NCBI RefSeq assembly: GCF_009914755.1 | Contig: NC_060930.1 | Direction: 5' to 3' (one strand) | DNA length: 64,000 nt | Source: the human T2T-CHM13v2.0 reference genome, Homo sapiens | Part shown: positions 1 to 64,000 of the stretch, one piece after another | How the letters are laid out: each line of letters begins with the position of its first letter | Position numbering within the stretch: the stretch's first letter is position 1 | The notes under the pieces: model-generated | What the model was told of the DNA's origin: nothing | Databases searched by the model: none | The model's input: only the letters and a program-made list of their open reading frames with translations | Made by a program: the position numbers and the translations under genes

Positions 1-12877
<12,877 letters not shown>

Positions 12878-13464
12878 AGCTTTCCTTCCCAGAAGTCTCC
12901 CGAGAGACATATTTGTGTGGCCTAGAAGTCCTCTGTGGTCTCCCCTCCTCTGAAGACTGCCTCTGGCCTGCAGCTGACCTGGCAACCATTCAGGCACATG
13001 AAGGTGGAGTGTGACCTTGATGTGACCGGGATCCCACTCTGATTGCATCCATTTCTCTGAAAGACTTGTTTGTTCTGCTTCTCTTCATATAACTGAGCTG
13101 GCCTTATCCTTGGCATCCCCCTAAACAAACAAGAGGTGACCACCTTATTGTGAGGTTCCATCCAGCCAAGTTTATGTGGCCTATTGTCTCAGGACTCTCA
13201 TCACTCAGAAGCCTGCCTCTGATTTACCCTACAGCTTCAGGCCCAGCTGCCCCCCAGTCTTTGGGTGGTGCTGTTCTTTTCTGGTGGATTTAATGCTGAC
13301 TCACTGGTACAAACAGCTGTTGAAGCTCAGAGCTGGAGGTGAGCTTCTGAGGCCTTTGCCATTATCCAGCCCAAGATTTGGTGCCTGCAGCCTCTTGTCT
13401 GGTTGAGGACTTGGGGCAGGAAAGGAATGCTGCTGAACTTGAATTTCCCTTTACAAGGGGAAGA

Positions 13465-13470
13465 AATAAA
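13465..13470 (+). terminator. ABCF1 polyadenylation signal
   Basis: AATAAA ~590 nt after the ABCF1 stop codon, followed by GT/T-rich sequence. Confidence 0.7.
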
Positions 13471-13644
13471 GGAAAGGAGTTGCTGCCGACCTGTCACTGT
13501 TTGGAGATTGATGGGAGTTGGAACTGTTCTCAGTCTTGATTTGCTTTATTCAGTTTTCTAGCAGCTTTTAATAGTCCCCTCTTCCCCACTAAATGGATCT
13601 TGTTTGCAGTCTTGCTGACAGTGTTTGCTGTTTAAGGATCATAG

Positions 13645-22561
<8,917 letters not shown>

Positions 22562-22606
22562 GTCCAAACACACTAGGGGTTAAATAAGCTGCTTCTCTTT
22601 CCACTG

Positions 22607-22612
22607 TTTATT
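22607..22612 (-). terminator. PPP1R10 polyadenylation signal
   Basis: TTTATT on + (AATAAA on -) ~1.1 kb past the stop codon, with TGTA just upstream on - and GT-rich sequence downstream. Confidence 0.75.
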
Positions 22613-23729
22613 ATTAATGTACAAAATATACAAAACCAAAAAAAAAAAATACTCATCCTCAAATCCATTTTGGCTCTAACCCAAGACCCTGCACAAAACC
22701 CAACCAATCCACTGTTTTCATAGAAAACAACTGATGCCAAAGTGAAGGAGAGAACTGGGAAAGGGCAAAATCATCTTGTTGAATCCACCCAGGAAGGCGC
22801 CTGGTGGGGATTCAGAGGTGGTTGACAGGGTGAAGTACCTGGAAGCCTCCTTCACGCTGGCAAGGTTCCAGGTGGGAGCAGGGAGTGAGCTGACTCCCAA
22901 AGGCAGTGCATGTAGTGTGACTTTCAGGCCCAGCACGCCGGGCCCAAGTTGATGAGAAGCTGGTCTCACTGAAGTATTTTATCAAGTCTCCAGACTGGCT
23001 ATAGTTGGCAAAGGCAGACCAGCACCACCGGTCTCACCTCTGCCAGCTAAAACTTGCACCGGATGCAGATACGAGTTCGCCATCATCGAACCTAGCAGAC
23101 CCAGGACGCAGACTGGGTGTTCACAGAAAGTTGAAGGTCCCACTTGAGAAAGGACTAAGAATGGTGAGCCCACGCTGGGGGAGGGGTGGGGATGATGTGT
23201 GTTCCAGAACTCAAATCCAGCTGATTGAGCCCTCTCAGTGCAGTGGGATATACAATACCCCTTTCAGCATCTCCCCACCCCATGAGGAATAATGAACTTA
23301 GCTGGGATGATTTCTTAAGTGCAGCTGATCCTGTGTCAGAGTTCTGTGTGCATGTGGGGACCCGCAATAGAAGGGTAGGGGTGTTCGCCAGGATAACCAG
23401 CTTTAGGTTCTCAAGCATTAAGGGTAATACTGGAAAGGGGTTTGGGGTACAGGGCGAATCTTCTCAAAAAGTGAAGCCAACTGGGTCTCCTCTTCAGCAG
23501 TCCAGGAACGTTTCCAGTCTCTCTCCTCCCCAGACTGGAGGAAAATATGTACATCAATGCGCACCAGTGATCAGAAAACCCCCAGGAACCCAAGCAAGTG
23601 GGAACTGAGGGGGCCGGCTCCTCATCAGCTGGGGAAAAGGGAAAATGGGCCTCACAGAAGCCATAACAGGGTGGAAAGAGCGAGGCTGCAGTCCACAGGG
23701 GTTGTGTGAACAGGGCAGGCAAATGGTCC

Positions 23730-32125
<8,396 letters not shown>

Positions 32126-33168
32126 GATGGTGGTTTCTATGGTAAGAGGACAAAACAAACAAACCCACAGAATAAATGGGTGGCAAGGACTACCCGAGTA
32201 GGCCCTCTAATAAACCACATCTCTATATTTGACAAAGTATAATGACTAATTATTCAACTATGCTATTTTTTAGATATGAAAAATCGACACAGACCACTTG
32301 CCACTACTGAGAAAATAGCCCTGGCAAGTTAAGCATGGGGAGCATATGTGACTGAACAGGAAAGCAATTCGATTGGAGGAGTAGGGCAGCACACCTGTCC
32401 CTCCCTCCCAGCAGCATCCTTCCTAGGATGGCTGAACTTCACTAGATCGTATTAAAGCTAAGATCAGTTCCCATAACAAGATGTTCAACTCTCCAGGGCA
32501 TTTACACCTATCGTTAAGTCCTGTCTTCCCTAGTTGCTGATAAATTTGGCTTGAAAAACAGCCTATAGCTTGATAGAAATTGGGCCAATCTTGGGTGTTT
32601 GAGCTAAATGTCTTATAAGACTTGAGTCCTTTTTATCTTAGCCCATTAAGAGTCATAATCACTACACATGGCAAGATATGTATCAGCTGAAGTGGTAGAT
32701 GATGGAGAACAAAACAAAACTTGAAAACAGAATCCCTCCCTAAGGAGATCTGGGAGTAGGTGCCAGAGATTGAGACAAATGGATGCATGGAAATCAAGCA
32801 GGTCCTCCTAGACCTTGAATAGACTGTCACTCATTAGCCAAACACTACACAAGTTTTTACTGTCTCTAAGTTAAAAGGAAGCTAGTGGTTTGTGCTTTCA
32901 AAAGCAAAGATGCGAATCTGGTCCTCTCCTCAAAAATCACGCTGTACAAGATCCCCTAGGAAAGCCTAAAACTGAAAACCATGGAACCTAAAAAGGGAAC
33001 AGATAAAGCCAAATGCTAGAAAAATTCCCTTTTAAGCAGCTGTTTTAGACCAGGTTGGGAAGGGAATTAGTTAAAAGCTAAGCTCCTTTTATGGAAGGGA
33101 CAAGCCAGAACTGAAGTTCCAGAAAGGTAATTTAGGATCAATATGGTTCTGATTGGGATTTTTATCTA

Positions 33169-33531
<363 letters not shown>

Positions 33532-36500
33532 TCAGCAATATCTGCCTTTGGGCAATAAGGCCCACACTGAGTAGCAAGGAAGAGGCAAGAACAAAACCTT
33601 CCTCATCCTACATCTAGCACAGAAGTAACAGACACAATCCCAGCAGAAGGGTAGAAAAATCAGTATTTTACAAAGATGAGTAGTTTTGTGCCGGAAAAAA
33701 CACAGGTTTCTTGTAAGATAATGCAAATTAGTTCTACTTGTTCTCAAACAAAAGAAAAAACATAGCATAACAATCTCAGCCTTTTTGTCCTCCCAACAAA
33801 AACGTCAGTAAGTTTCCAAATGTGTAGGTCCTAACAACCTAGGCGAGCAGCAGCAGAAGCAGGGAGGAGGCAGCCAGGAAGGGTAGGAGTATAATCTTGG
33901 CTCTGGAGATCATAACCTGTGGGCTGAACAGAGGGAGAGATGAGGCAAGAAATGTTGAGAAGTCGCTGCTGCCCTGGAACCTCCACAAATACAAGTGGAA
34001 CCTGAGGTCAGAGAAAAAACATTCAAGGAGAATACTGGAAAAGATTAGATGTCCGTGGGCCAAATCCACTCAAGTGTGGTGATTCCTACACACACAGAGA
34101 CAGACACAGAAATAAAGGTATTCTTCCCATGTAGTGAGATACTATAAAGTGATCTATAGAAACTATAAAGAGATACGATAAAGGGACACATAAAACAGAT
34201 ATCACATCTGTTGGAGACTGGAAAAGCAATGTATGGGTTCCAATAACAACATATCATAAGCAATCAAGAGACTAAGAAATTTTTAAAACTCCCTCTCTCT
34301 ATATATACACACATACCTACCATTAGATTCCTAAAGCAAAATATATGCAATTTGACAAAAGGCCTTGAATTAAACATCATTTCAAACCAGTTACCCTTGA
34401 CTGATTCAAACCCAGAGTTGAATATATATAACCCTGGAGAATTCCTTTTTGCATATCCAACTACAAGCTAAGCCAATAAATAGACCTACTACCCCTATTT
34501 CCTTCAGACACTAAATAAACTGTCATCTGAGCTCAAGTGTTCCTTAAGAGGATGGGAGACAAGAAAGAAGAGCCAGTCTTAGAAAAATGGACCAATGAGT
34601 ACAAAGCTAAATTCTGTCCAGTGCCCTCTGCTGGAAATGGGATCCAGGGACTTTTTTATTCCCACATGTATAAACAAGAATAAAAGACATTAATAGTCAA
34701 AGGGAAGCTAAGAGACAAAGCAAAATTAGCGTTAAATATTCATTTTCCACTACTTATATTTTGGAAATATAAGTGAAATTTTGTCTCATGAGCACCAATC
34801 TTGATAAAATGTAAGTGGGTTTTCTCATGATGGCCTTCCTTCAGGAAGATTAGTTCTTATTTAAAATTAAGGACCCCAAGTGTCTTATAACCTAGTTTCC
34901 TTGCTTTGAAGTCAGTATATTTTGGAAAAAAACCAAACAATTTCCAAGGCGCTCAAGTGGAAAGGAATGTAAAGTCCAACATTTCGGGCACAGGGCTACA
35001 GCAGAGAAGGCAAACTGAGTTGATGAAGGCAGGCAGGGGCCGTGACTAAGTGTTGTAACATTACCTACTCAAGATCTGGAGTCTAGAATGAAAGCTTAAG
35101 AAAGCTTTCTGGAACCACAAGTAATCCACGGCATGATTATGTCTTCTTTTAATGAGCTGCTATTTTCTTGACTGCAGAACATACAGAAGGTGGGGAGTGA
35201 GGTAGCAACCCCCTGGCCTACCTCCACCTCATCCTAAGCTATGCGTTCCTTATGGAGAATGTTTCAGGCAGAGCCATACTCTACTGGCACAAGGCATTGG
35301 GGAATTTTCTACCATTTTTACCAGAGATAAACGTCTGTGACACCAACTCCTGCCTTCAAAATGAATTTTACTTGAGGGTTATTCAATTAAATAGGGTGAA
35401 AAAATATCCAGCATAGCTAAAGTTATTCCACACCCATCACCAATGAAACAGGACTGAATTGGTTCAGGATAAAAATTCTGTGCAAGTCAGAGCTCTTTAA
35501 AAAATAACTGTCTTCTAACAAAAGGAGAAAAAAGTCCCAAATTTACCTTAATTTAGAGGCACTTCTGGAAATGAAAATGATTTGTACCTAACCCCTTATG
35601 TTCCCCTTCCTTTCTTCAGTGTTTTAGGCACTTCCTAGTTTGACACAATAGTGGACTGAATTATGTCTCTCAGGTGATTCATCACAAGGTCATAGCTTTC
35701 TTCCAAGTAGTAAGCCCCTACCCCTCAGTCATTTTGCAAACCTGATACATGAGCTCCTCAAAAGCTTATCTGCCTTCCAATAAAGATGCAAAATGATATA
35801 CCACCCTGACTCATAGAAAAAGACCCCAGACTAGAACTCTGGCCACAAACTACAAGGATCAGGTTTTCCAAGATTTTCTGAATGGATGTGGTTCCCCTAG
35901 TAGACCTGGCTTCCCATCTCCCATGTTAAGGAAGATCTTCTTTATTAATCCCCTGGCTCACTAGAGATCAGGAACCCCAGTGGGTAGAATGTTCAGCTCC
36001 CAAGGAAGATATGCTGCAGAGGCACATGGCAAACTGCTTAAAAGAAAAAAACAAAACAAAACAAAAAAAGCTTGTAGTCAACAGACATGTGAAGAGTCCC
36101 TCCCATCCAATCCAGAAGCTTAAGTAATAATTTGAGAATCTGTACCCAGTAGGAAGTTAGCCCTAAGTCTCACCCAGGTCACCAGAGGGCAGTTATACTT
36201 TCCAATTCTGCCTAGAACCTCCACGCTTCAGTGCAGGACTTTTAAAAATTAAAATTATATGGAGAGTCTGATAAAGATTTGACTTTGAAAAATTTGGGGG
36301 AAGAAAGGAACCAGACACCCAATACCACCCTCAGATAGGGCATGGCTTCTGAACATGCACCAAATGCCACAGCACTGCATGAGTTGAAAAATGAAGAGGA
36401 CATCATTTTTTCATTAATGCTTTTAGGAATTTCTTTTAGAAGGGAAGGAAAAAGAAATTCAAAAAAGGTGGCTCTTTGGGGAAAAAAAAAAAATGAAAGT

Positions 36501-38658
36501 TGTGAAATGTAATACCAGAAAGGTTTTGCTTACCAGAAACCGTAGCTTGATTCCCCCTGCCTTGAGTTTACAACTGCCGCCTCCTTTCCTAAAGATTCAC
36601 TTCTTATCCTAGTACCAATGTACAGGAACTAATCAAGTGCAGAACGTGATACAGCACTGAATACAGTTTATCCCCAAACTGAGAGGTGGGAATGAGGGCG
36701 ATTTAGAAGAAAGTCCTAAAAGTACCCACCTTCCCCCGATTCTCATTACACAAAGCGACCAAATGCAGGAGGCCCACTGGTTCCTAAGCAGAAATGGCAC
36801 ACTTCAGTGTCATTAGGCCCGTTTATCTCCAAGTTACTCTTGCAAGCCCTTGTGTCTTTCCCATCTCCCTCTACACACATATATACATACACACACGCTC
36901 ACACACATCCTCAAAGCTTCCCAGTCTTAGGTTTGCCTGTTTTTTCACCCCTGGCAGCTGAAGTGGGGAAAAATTACAAGCAGTTGTGATGAGTGAAGGA
37001 AAGTGAAAATAAAAACTGGTTCTATAAAAACTAGAACTACACAGAGATGGACAGCCTTGATACTTAATTCCTATAAGCTCCTATCCCTTTAAGATATTTT
37101 ATATAATGAAAATAAGGAAAATGTCTTCTCCCTAGCAGCAACGAGCACAGGCAGTGCAAAAGCATCTGCTCAGGGGTGGAGCTTCAAGAGGGTGGAGAGA
37201 GGAGGAAGAAAGCTGATTACATCACCTTTCAAGGCTGCTCCTCCCACTTGACCAAGTTTCTAGGGCGGCCCTAAGCTCAGGATGGCAAAAGGGGGAGAAA
37301 AACAACAAAGACGGAGGGACGCCATTTTGTAATGGAGAAAGAGGACTTAAACTAAAAAGCCACCCGGCTCTGCCGGTAGCTTCAGTTACATTATAAAACA
37401 CCTTTTTAGTAAAAAAAAAAAAAAAAAAAATCAAAAACCAGTTCCCCATCGTGAATAATCTTTGACCTATTTTGATCAGTAAGAGCGTAGTGAAAATTAA
37501 AGCAATTAAAATATTAAAAAGAACAATTTTCTGCAGGGAAGAACTGAATTTGCAACGGAGGTTCAACCGGCTACCATCGACCACCCCCATCCTCCCTATA
37601 GAGGGAAAGGGGGAGGAAGGACTTGGACCCCTCTCAACAAATAGGGTTGAGGTGGGAGGACAGGAAAAAAAATGGGTCAAGACACAACCTGCAACGCCGC
37701 TTGGAAGACAAAAGGACAAGGAAAGTCGCCATATTGAAGCAGGGAAGAAAAAAATTCCTTTTAACGACACAAATCTTTTAGAAAGCTAGCATTCAATTGC
37801 ACTAAATGGCTTTTAAAATTATACTCCTAAATTCCACATTTCCCAACCTTTCCACCCTCTATTTAACTGTACCTCCCCCACCAAAAAATATCAAGTTAAA
37901 ATGTTAATCACTCTTTTGCTTTTAAATACCTATGCAATCTGCAACAATTATAAGACATTCTTTACCTCCCCAACTATTATCTTGTATGTACTGGCACTAA
38001 GATTATATTTTGTCCTAAGTGTCTTGCAATCTTTATTCCTAGATTGCCACCTATTTTAACCACACAAATATACCCCAAGCAAATTACATTAAAATTGAGA
38101 GGATTTAACAGTCATTTAAAAAGTTATAGCGAGCTATTACTTCTCTCTGCCCATCTCCTTACCCTGCAATCTTTATGTACAGATTGCTTATTAATCTGGC
38201 AAATTGAAAGGCACCCTGCTTGTCTCACACACAAAGAAGTGGTACTTCTGGGCCACAAGATCCACCATCTCTTGTATGTGAGCTCATTAACCCTTTTGAA
38301 GACTGCTGCTAACCAGAGGAAGGTAACCATTCCTCCTTATATAAACACATATGGCTTTGGCAGTCTGGAAATTGGCTGGATTACCAAGGGTTAACCATCA
38401 AAATCCTCACTTGCTGGCCCTCCCTCCACCCTCTCTTTGCCTGCAGCAAGGCAGGGAAGAGATAGGTGGTAGGGGAGAGAGAACAAGACTGTTTAGACCC
38501 ACAGGCCCTTTTTAATGGAGATTAAGTGACCAGATTGGTCCTTCTCCAGTTCTCTATTTGTTCTATGGTCTCATTTCTTCCTCTCATTATTTTTGGTTTC
38601 ACAACGGGAAACGTTGATTTCTTGTTGCAAGGCTGGTTTTTGAAAATTCGACACTTAC

Positions 38659-39179
38659 TATCCAATTTTTTTGCGACGTCAGCACCTCGGGCTCAGGGGG
38701 GAGGGGGTAAAATTTTGGAGGAAAAAAAATAAAACAACCAACCAGGACCCAAAACTCAATTATTTAGGGGGCCTCATTGGATCAAAAAGTCTTTTAAAAA
38801 ATAAAGGCCAACTCAGTATTCATTTCCCCCCCACCCAACTCCATTTAGGGAGGGGGGTCGCAGAAAAAAGTTCTGAGTGGATTCAAAAAAGTAAACGCTG
38901 GATGAGTGAATTTGGGTGGTTTGGGAAGGGAGGGTGGTTGATTATTTTTGAAGTTATGTAGTGACGGTCCTTCGGCCACAGATTTCAAGTCCCAAGCAGC
39001 GTGGGCTGGTGGGGTGGGCAAGATAGGTGGGAAGGGGCAGAAGACACAAGTGGTTGGGCTGGTGGCTGCTGTTTTCCCTTTCCCCCCTCTCTCAGGATCC
39101 TTTCAAGGGCTTAGATGTTGCTGCGGCTTGTTTCTGTTTTCCTCGTGGCCGGCCTGTCTTTCTCCGAGAAAATTCAAAC
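38659..39179 (-). other. PPP1R10: PPP1R10 non-coding exon 2 (521 nt, most of the 5' UTR)
   Basis: Minus-strand acceptor ...TTTTATCCCAG at 39180-39181 and donor GTAAGT at 38658-38653. The next acceptor (32137-32138) lies 11 nt before the ATG. Confidence 0.75.
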
Positions 39180-39404
39180 CTGGGATAAAAGGAACACAAG
39201 GGAGAAAGATGTAATCAGTACGGGTTGCTTCAAAACACTCACAAATGCCATCTTTGTTGTCCCCAAACAAACCTGTGTCCCATCCTGATCGCAACCGCTT
39301 TAAGCCGTGGCTCTCAAATGAACCCATCCATCCCTATCCCGCTTCCCAGATCCAACGCTCTCCGCAAAATTTTACCCACTAGACGACAAAGTAGGCAAAC
39401 TTAC

Positions 39405-39430
39405 CTCTAAACGAACCCCAGAATGGCGGC
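39405..39430 (-). other. PPP1R10: PPP1R10 short non-coding exon 1 / TSS region
   Basis: Donor AG|GTAAGT at 39404. Minus-strand TATAAA at 39456-39451 lies ~25-30 nt upstream of GCCGCCATTC (Inr/YY1-like). Exact TSS is inferred. Confidence 0.65.
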
Positions 39431-40046
39431 CGCCCGCTCGGGTGGAGTCTTTTATACCCGGACGCCGCCCAACGCGCCCAAACGTGCTAGTGAAACGCCC
39501 TTGTCGCGAGACATTATACGCGAGGCGTGAACTCATTGGTCAACCCAAATGACAACTCGCCAACTGATTGGCTACTCTCACTTCACCTTTGCTCCGCCCC
39601 TTTCCCTGGCACTCTCTTCCGCCTCCTTCCTGCCTCCCTGTCGCGTGCGCGTGACCAGGAGCCTAGCACCTCCCTTTCCTCTGCTTCCGCCACTTCCGCC
39701 CTGGAGAACATTTCTCACCCAGGATTGGTAGAAACCTAAGAGCGCATGCGCACTGAGAGGATACCGCTAAAAATCGCCTTCAAAATTGCTTAAAAGGCAA
39801 ACTTTAACAATGCGATCTAAGAGTCGTAGTGACTGGCCAAAAAAAACCGCAATTTTGGGGTCTAATTCGATTGTGACGCAGTTGAAATTAGCTTCTCCCC
39901 CATGCCTTCCCTTTCACGCTTCCGTCCTGACGCAAACGTGGGGCCGCCTTCCGCACTGCGGGCTTGTCCTTGGCCCTGCCCTACTCAGTTTCCTGAAGCA
40001 TGCGCAGTTGCCTTTCCGTCAATTCCTGTCCTGGGCGTACGTCAAG
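39431..40046. promoter_or_regulatory. Bidirectional CpG-rich promoter PPP1R10 / MRPS18B
   Basis: Head-to-head genes ~600 bp apart. CpG-rich. NRF1-like GCGCATGCGCA 39742-39752, several ATTGG (reverse CCAAT), CTTCCG ETS/GABP motifs ~39684-39698, and a YY1 motif CAAGATGGCGGC over the MRPS18B ATG. Confidence 0.85.
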
Positions 40047-48291
<8,245 letters not shown>

Positions 48292-48549
48292 AGACTGGGA
48301 AGAGAGCTAGAGGGACTAGGAGATAATGTGTATGTAGGTTTATGTGATGGGATATCACCCTGAAGAGTTGTGTCTTTTGTGGCCAGTGACAAATCCAGGA
48401 AATGAATGTTGCTGATAGGGATAAATCTTGAGGCTGAGGGCGGGTGGTACAGATGTGTATGGGAAACCCCAACCCCTATATATTGTAAATAGATGGGCTG
48501 GGCTAAACATTGTTGCCGTTTCATACTTCTACCAACTCAGCTTTTACAC

Positions 48550-48555
48550 AATAAA
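48550..48555 (+). terminator. MRPS18B polyadenylation signal
   Basis: AATAAA ~570 nt after the stop codon, followed by GT-rich TGTCTCTGGTTTGCTTTG. Confidence 0.8.
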
Positions 48556-48829
48556 GCTCTACTGTCTCTGGTTTGCTTTGGGCTGTTTCCGATGAATGCC
48601 ATTAGCGGGGGGTGGGCTGAGTGATGGTCTTTTCATATAAGCAATTGGGTGATGCTGTGGGGAGATAAGTGGTCAGGCTTAAGCCAGCCTTGCCTGTGAC
48701 GCCTGGGACTAGAAGCCGGGGATGGGCAGCTGTGCCACTCTGTCAAGATGCCTTGTGGGCCCCCACTCCACAGCATGGCCCACTGTTCACTGAGGGGATA
48801 AAAGGTTGGACAGTGAGACACTGGGCCAA

Positions 48830-62783
<13,954 letters not shown>

Positions 62784-63283
62784 GTAAAGCCTGTATTGAA
62801 GGGGTGGAACTGTAGTGCAGTGATGGCTACTTACTCTAGATGCCACGGGGTACAGTGCCATCTGTGGGCAATTTTGGAAAATTCTAAAGCAACCCAAGTC
62901 TCCAGCAGTCATGACTGTTTGCCTTTGCCCTCATGGGAGCTCAGTGCATTTTATATTTGGCAAGACTTTTAACTAAGCAAGCTCATTGGGAGCCTGTTTG
63001 ACAGCTGATATCAATGGACCCTCTTGCCAGTTCAGGTCCGTCAACATAGGCCAGAGTCAGGCTCCTTTGTAAACCCCAGGCTTCTGTTAGCCAGTGAGGG
63101 ACAGGCTGGTGCAAACAGCCCTTCCATTTGCAGTCACAGAATAGTGACACAAATGGCCCAAAATTTAAATGTTACTTTTAGAAGATAACACTCAGAGTTT
63201 ATAACATTTCCAACCAGATAATGAAATTGATATGGAGAAACCAAACCTCAGAGGCACTAAAATGCTGTCCAGATTCCCCATCC

Positions 63284-63288
<5 letters not shown>

Positions 63289-63324
<36 letters not shown>
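63289..63324 (+). repeat. (CA)n microsatellite
   Basis: Run of AC dinucleotides with one interruption. Confidence 0.95.
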
Positions 63325-63325
<1 letters not shown>

Positions 63326-64000
63326 TACTGACAGTCTGAGCCCCACTCCTTCCTCTTCCTCACCACCTCCACCTTACCAACTTCTGACAGCTGTACAGTG
63401 CTTGCTTGCACAGAAGAGCCCCCTTCCTGAGCTGGCTCTGTGGCCAGGAAAGGATGTAACCACCATCCAAACAGCAGTCTGTAACCAGCTATGAGCATCA
63501 CAGTGTCAGGCACTGAGAGGCACCTCAACTCGCTTTGGTTTCCAAGGCTTCTCCCATTTAGCTTGTTCAGAACCACAGGCTGTGAGAGGGACTGAGGGCC
63601 AACAAGGATGGTGAGGTCTCAGGCCTGCAGGGGAGGGTGCTGTGGATAAAGCTTAAGTGAATTTGCTGAGAAGTCTTTCATTTGCCACACATACATGATG
63701 GAGAATCTCTTGAGAGGGAAAGCCGGGAGCAAGTAGAGAAGTGAGGAGGGGGAGGCTGAACTTTGGACATTACATCAGCCTCCTGCTTACTCTGATAGCT
63801 CCCTTTCAGATGCCCATATTTATTTTCTTTTTTTTTTTTAACCTAATAAAACTTCAGTCTCTTCCCATTTTCGTATAGGAAGGAGAGATTGTGCCCTCCT
63901 TCCAAACCTCCCCTGACCTCTCCAGAGCAATTCCTGATTAACCAAGGGCTTTGTCCATCTCATCCAGAGGAACCCAGGGTCCTCGTTGGCCCGGCTGGGA

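Noticed and set aside
37222-37770. 182-aa ORF in PPP1R10 intron 2
   Set aside because: Low-complexity, crosses a poly-T run (FFFFFF), has no recognisable domain and no convincing acceptor.

Overview
Human genomic DNA, recognisable as the gene-dense, Alu-rich MHC class I region of 6p21.33. On the + strand: the last 23 coding exons of ABCF1 (the 5' end lies outside the window), with the mirtron MIR877 forming one complete intron. On the - strand, convergent with ABCF1: the whole PPP1R10/PNUTS gene (18 coding exons totalling 2823 nt = 940 aa + stop, plus 2 non-coding 5' exons). A bidirectional CpG-rich promoter is shared with MRPS18B (+, 7 exons, 258 aa). About 0.5 kb further on begins ATAT1 (+, first 8 coding exons), whose large intron holds a processed prothymosin-alpha pseudogene (PTMAP1). 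I derived all exon boundaries by hand from GT/AG sites and checked them for frame continuity. The rest is Alu, MIR, L2, L1 and DNA-transposon fossils plus a truncated U6 retrocopy. I see no prokaryotic-type system, no CRISPR array and no foreign insert. The best leads are post-transcriptional: an out-of-frame strong-Kozak uAUG overlapping the ATAT1 start, a mirtron-shaped hairpin over an ATAT1 3' splice site, the exonic acceptor that yields the non-coding PNUTS isoform, uORFs in the PNUTS leader, and a long open alternative frame across the PNUTS low-complexity exon.
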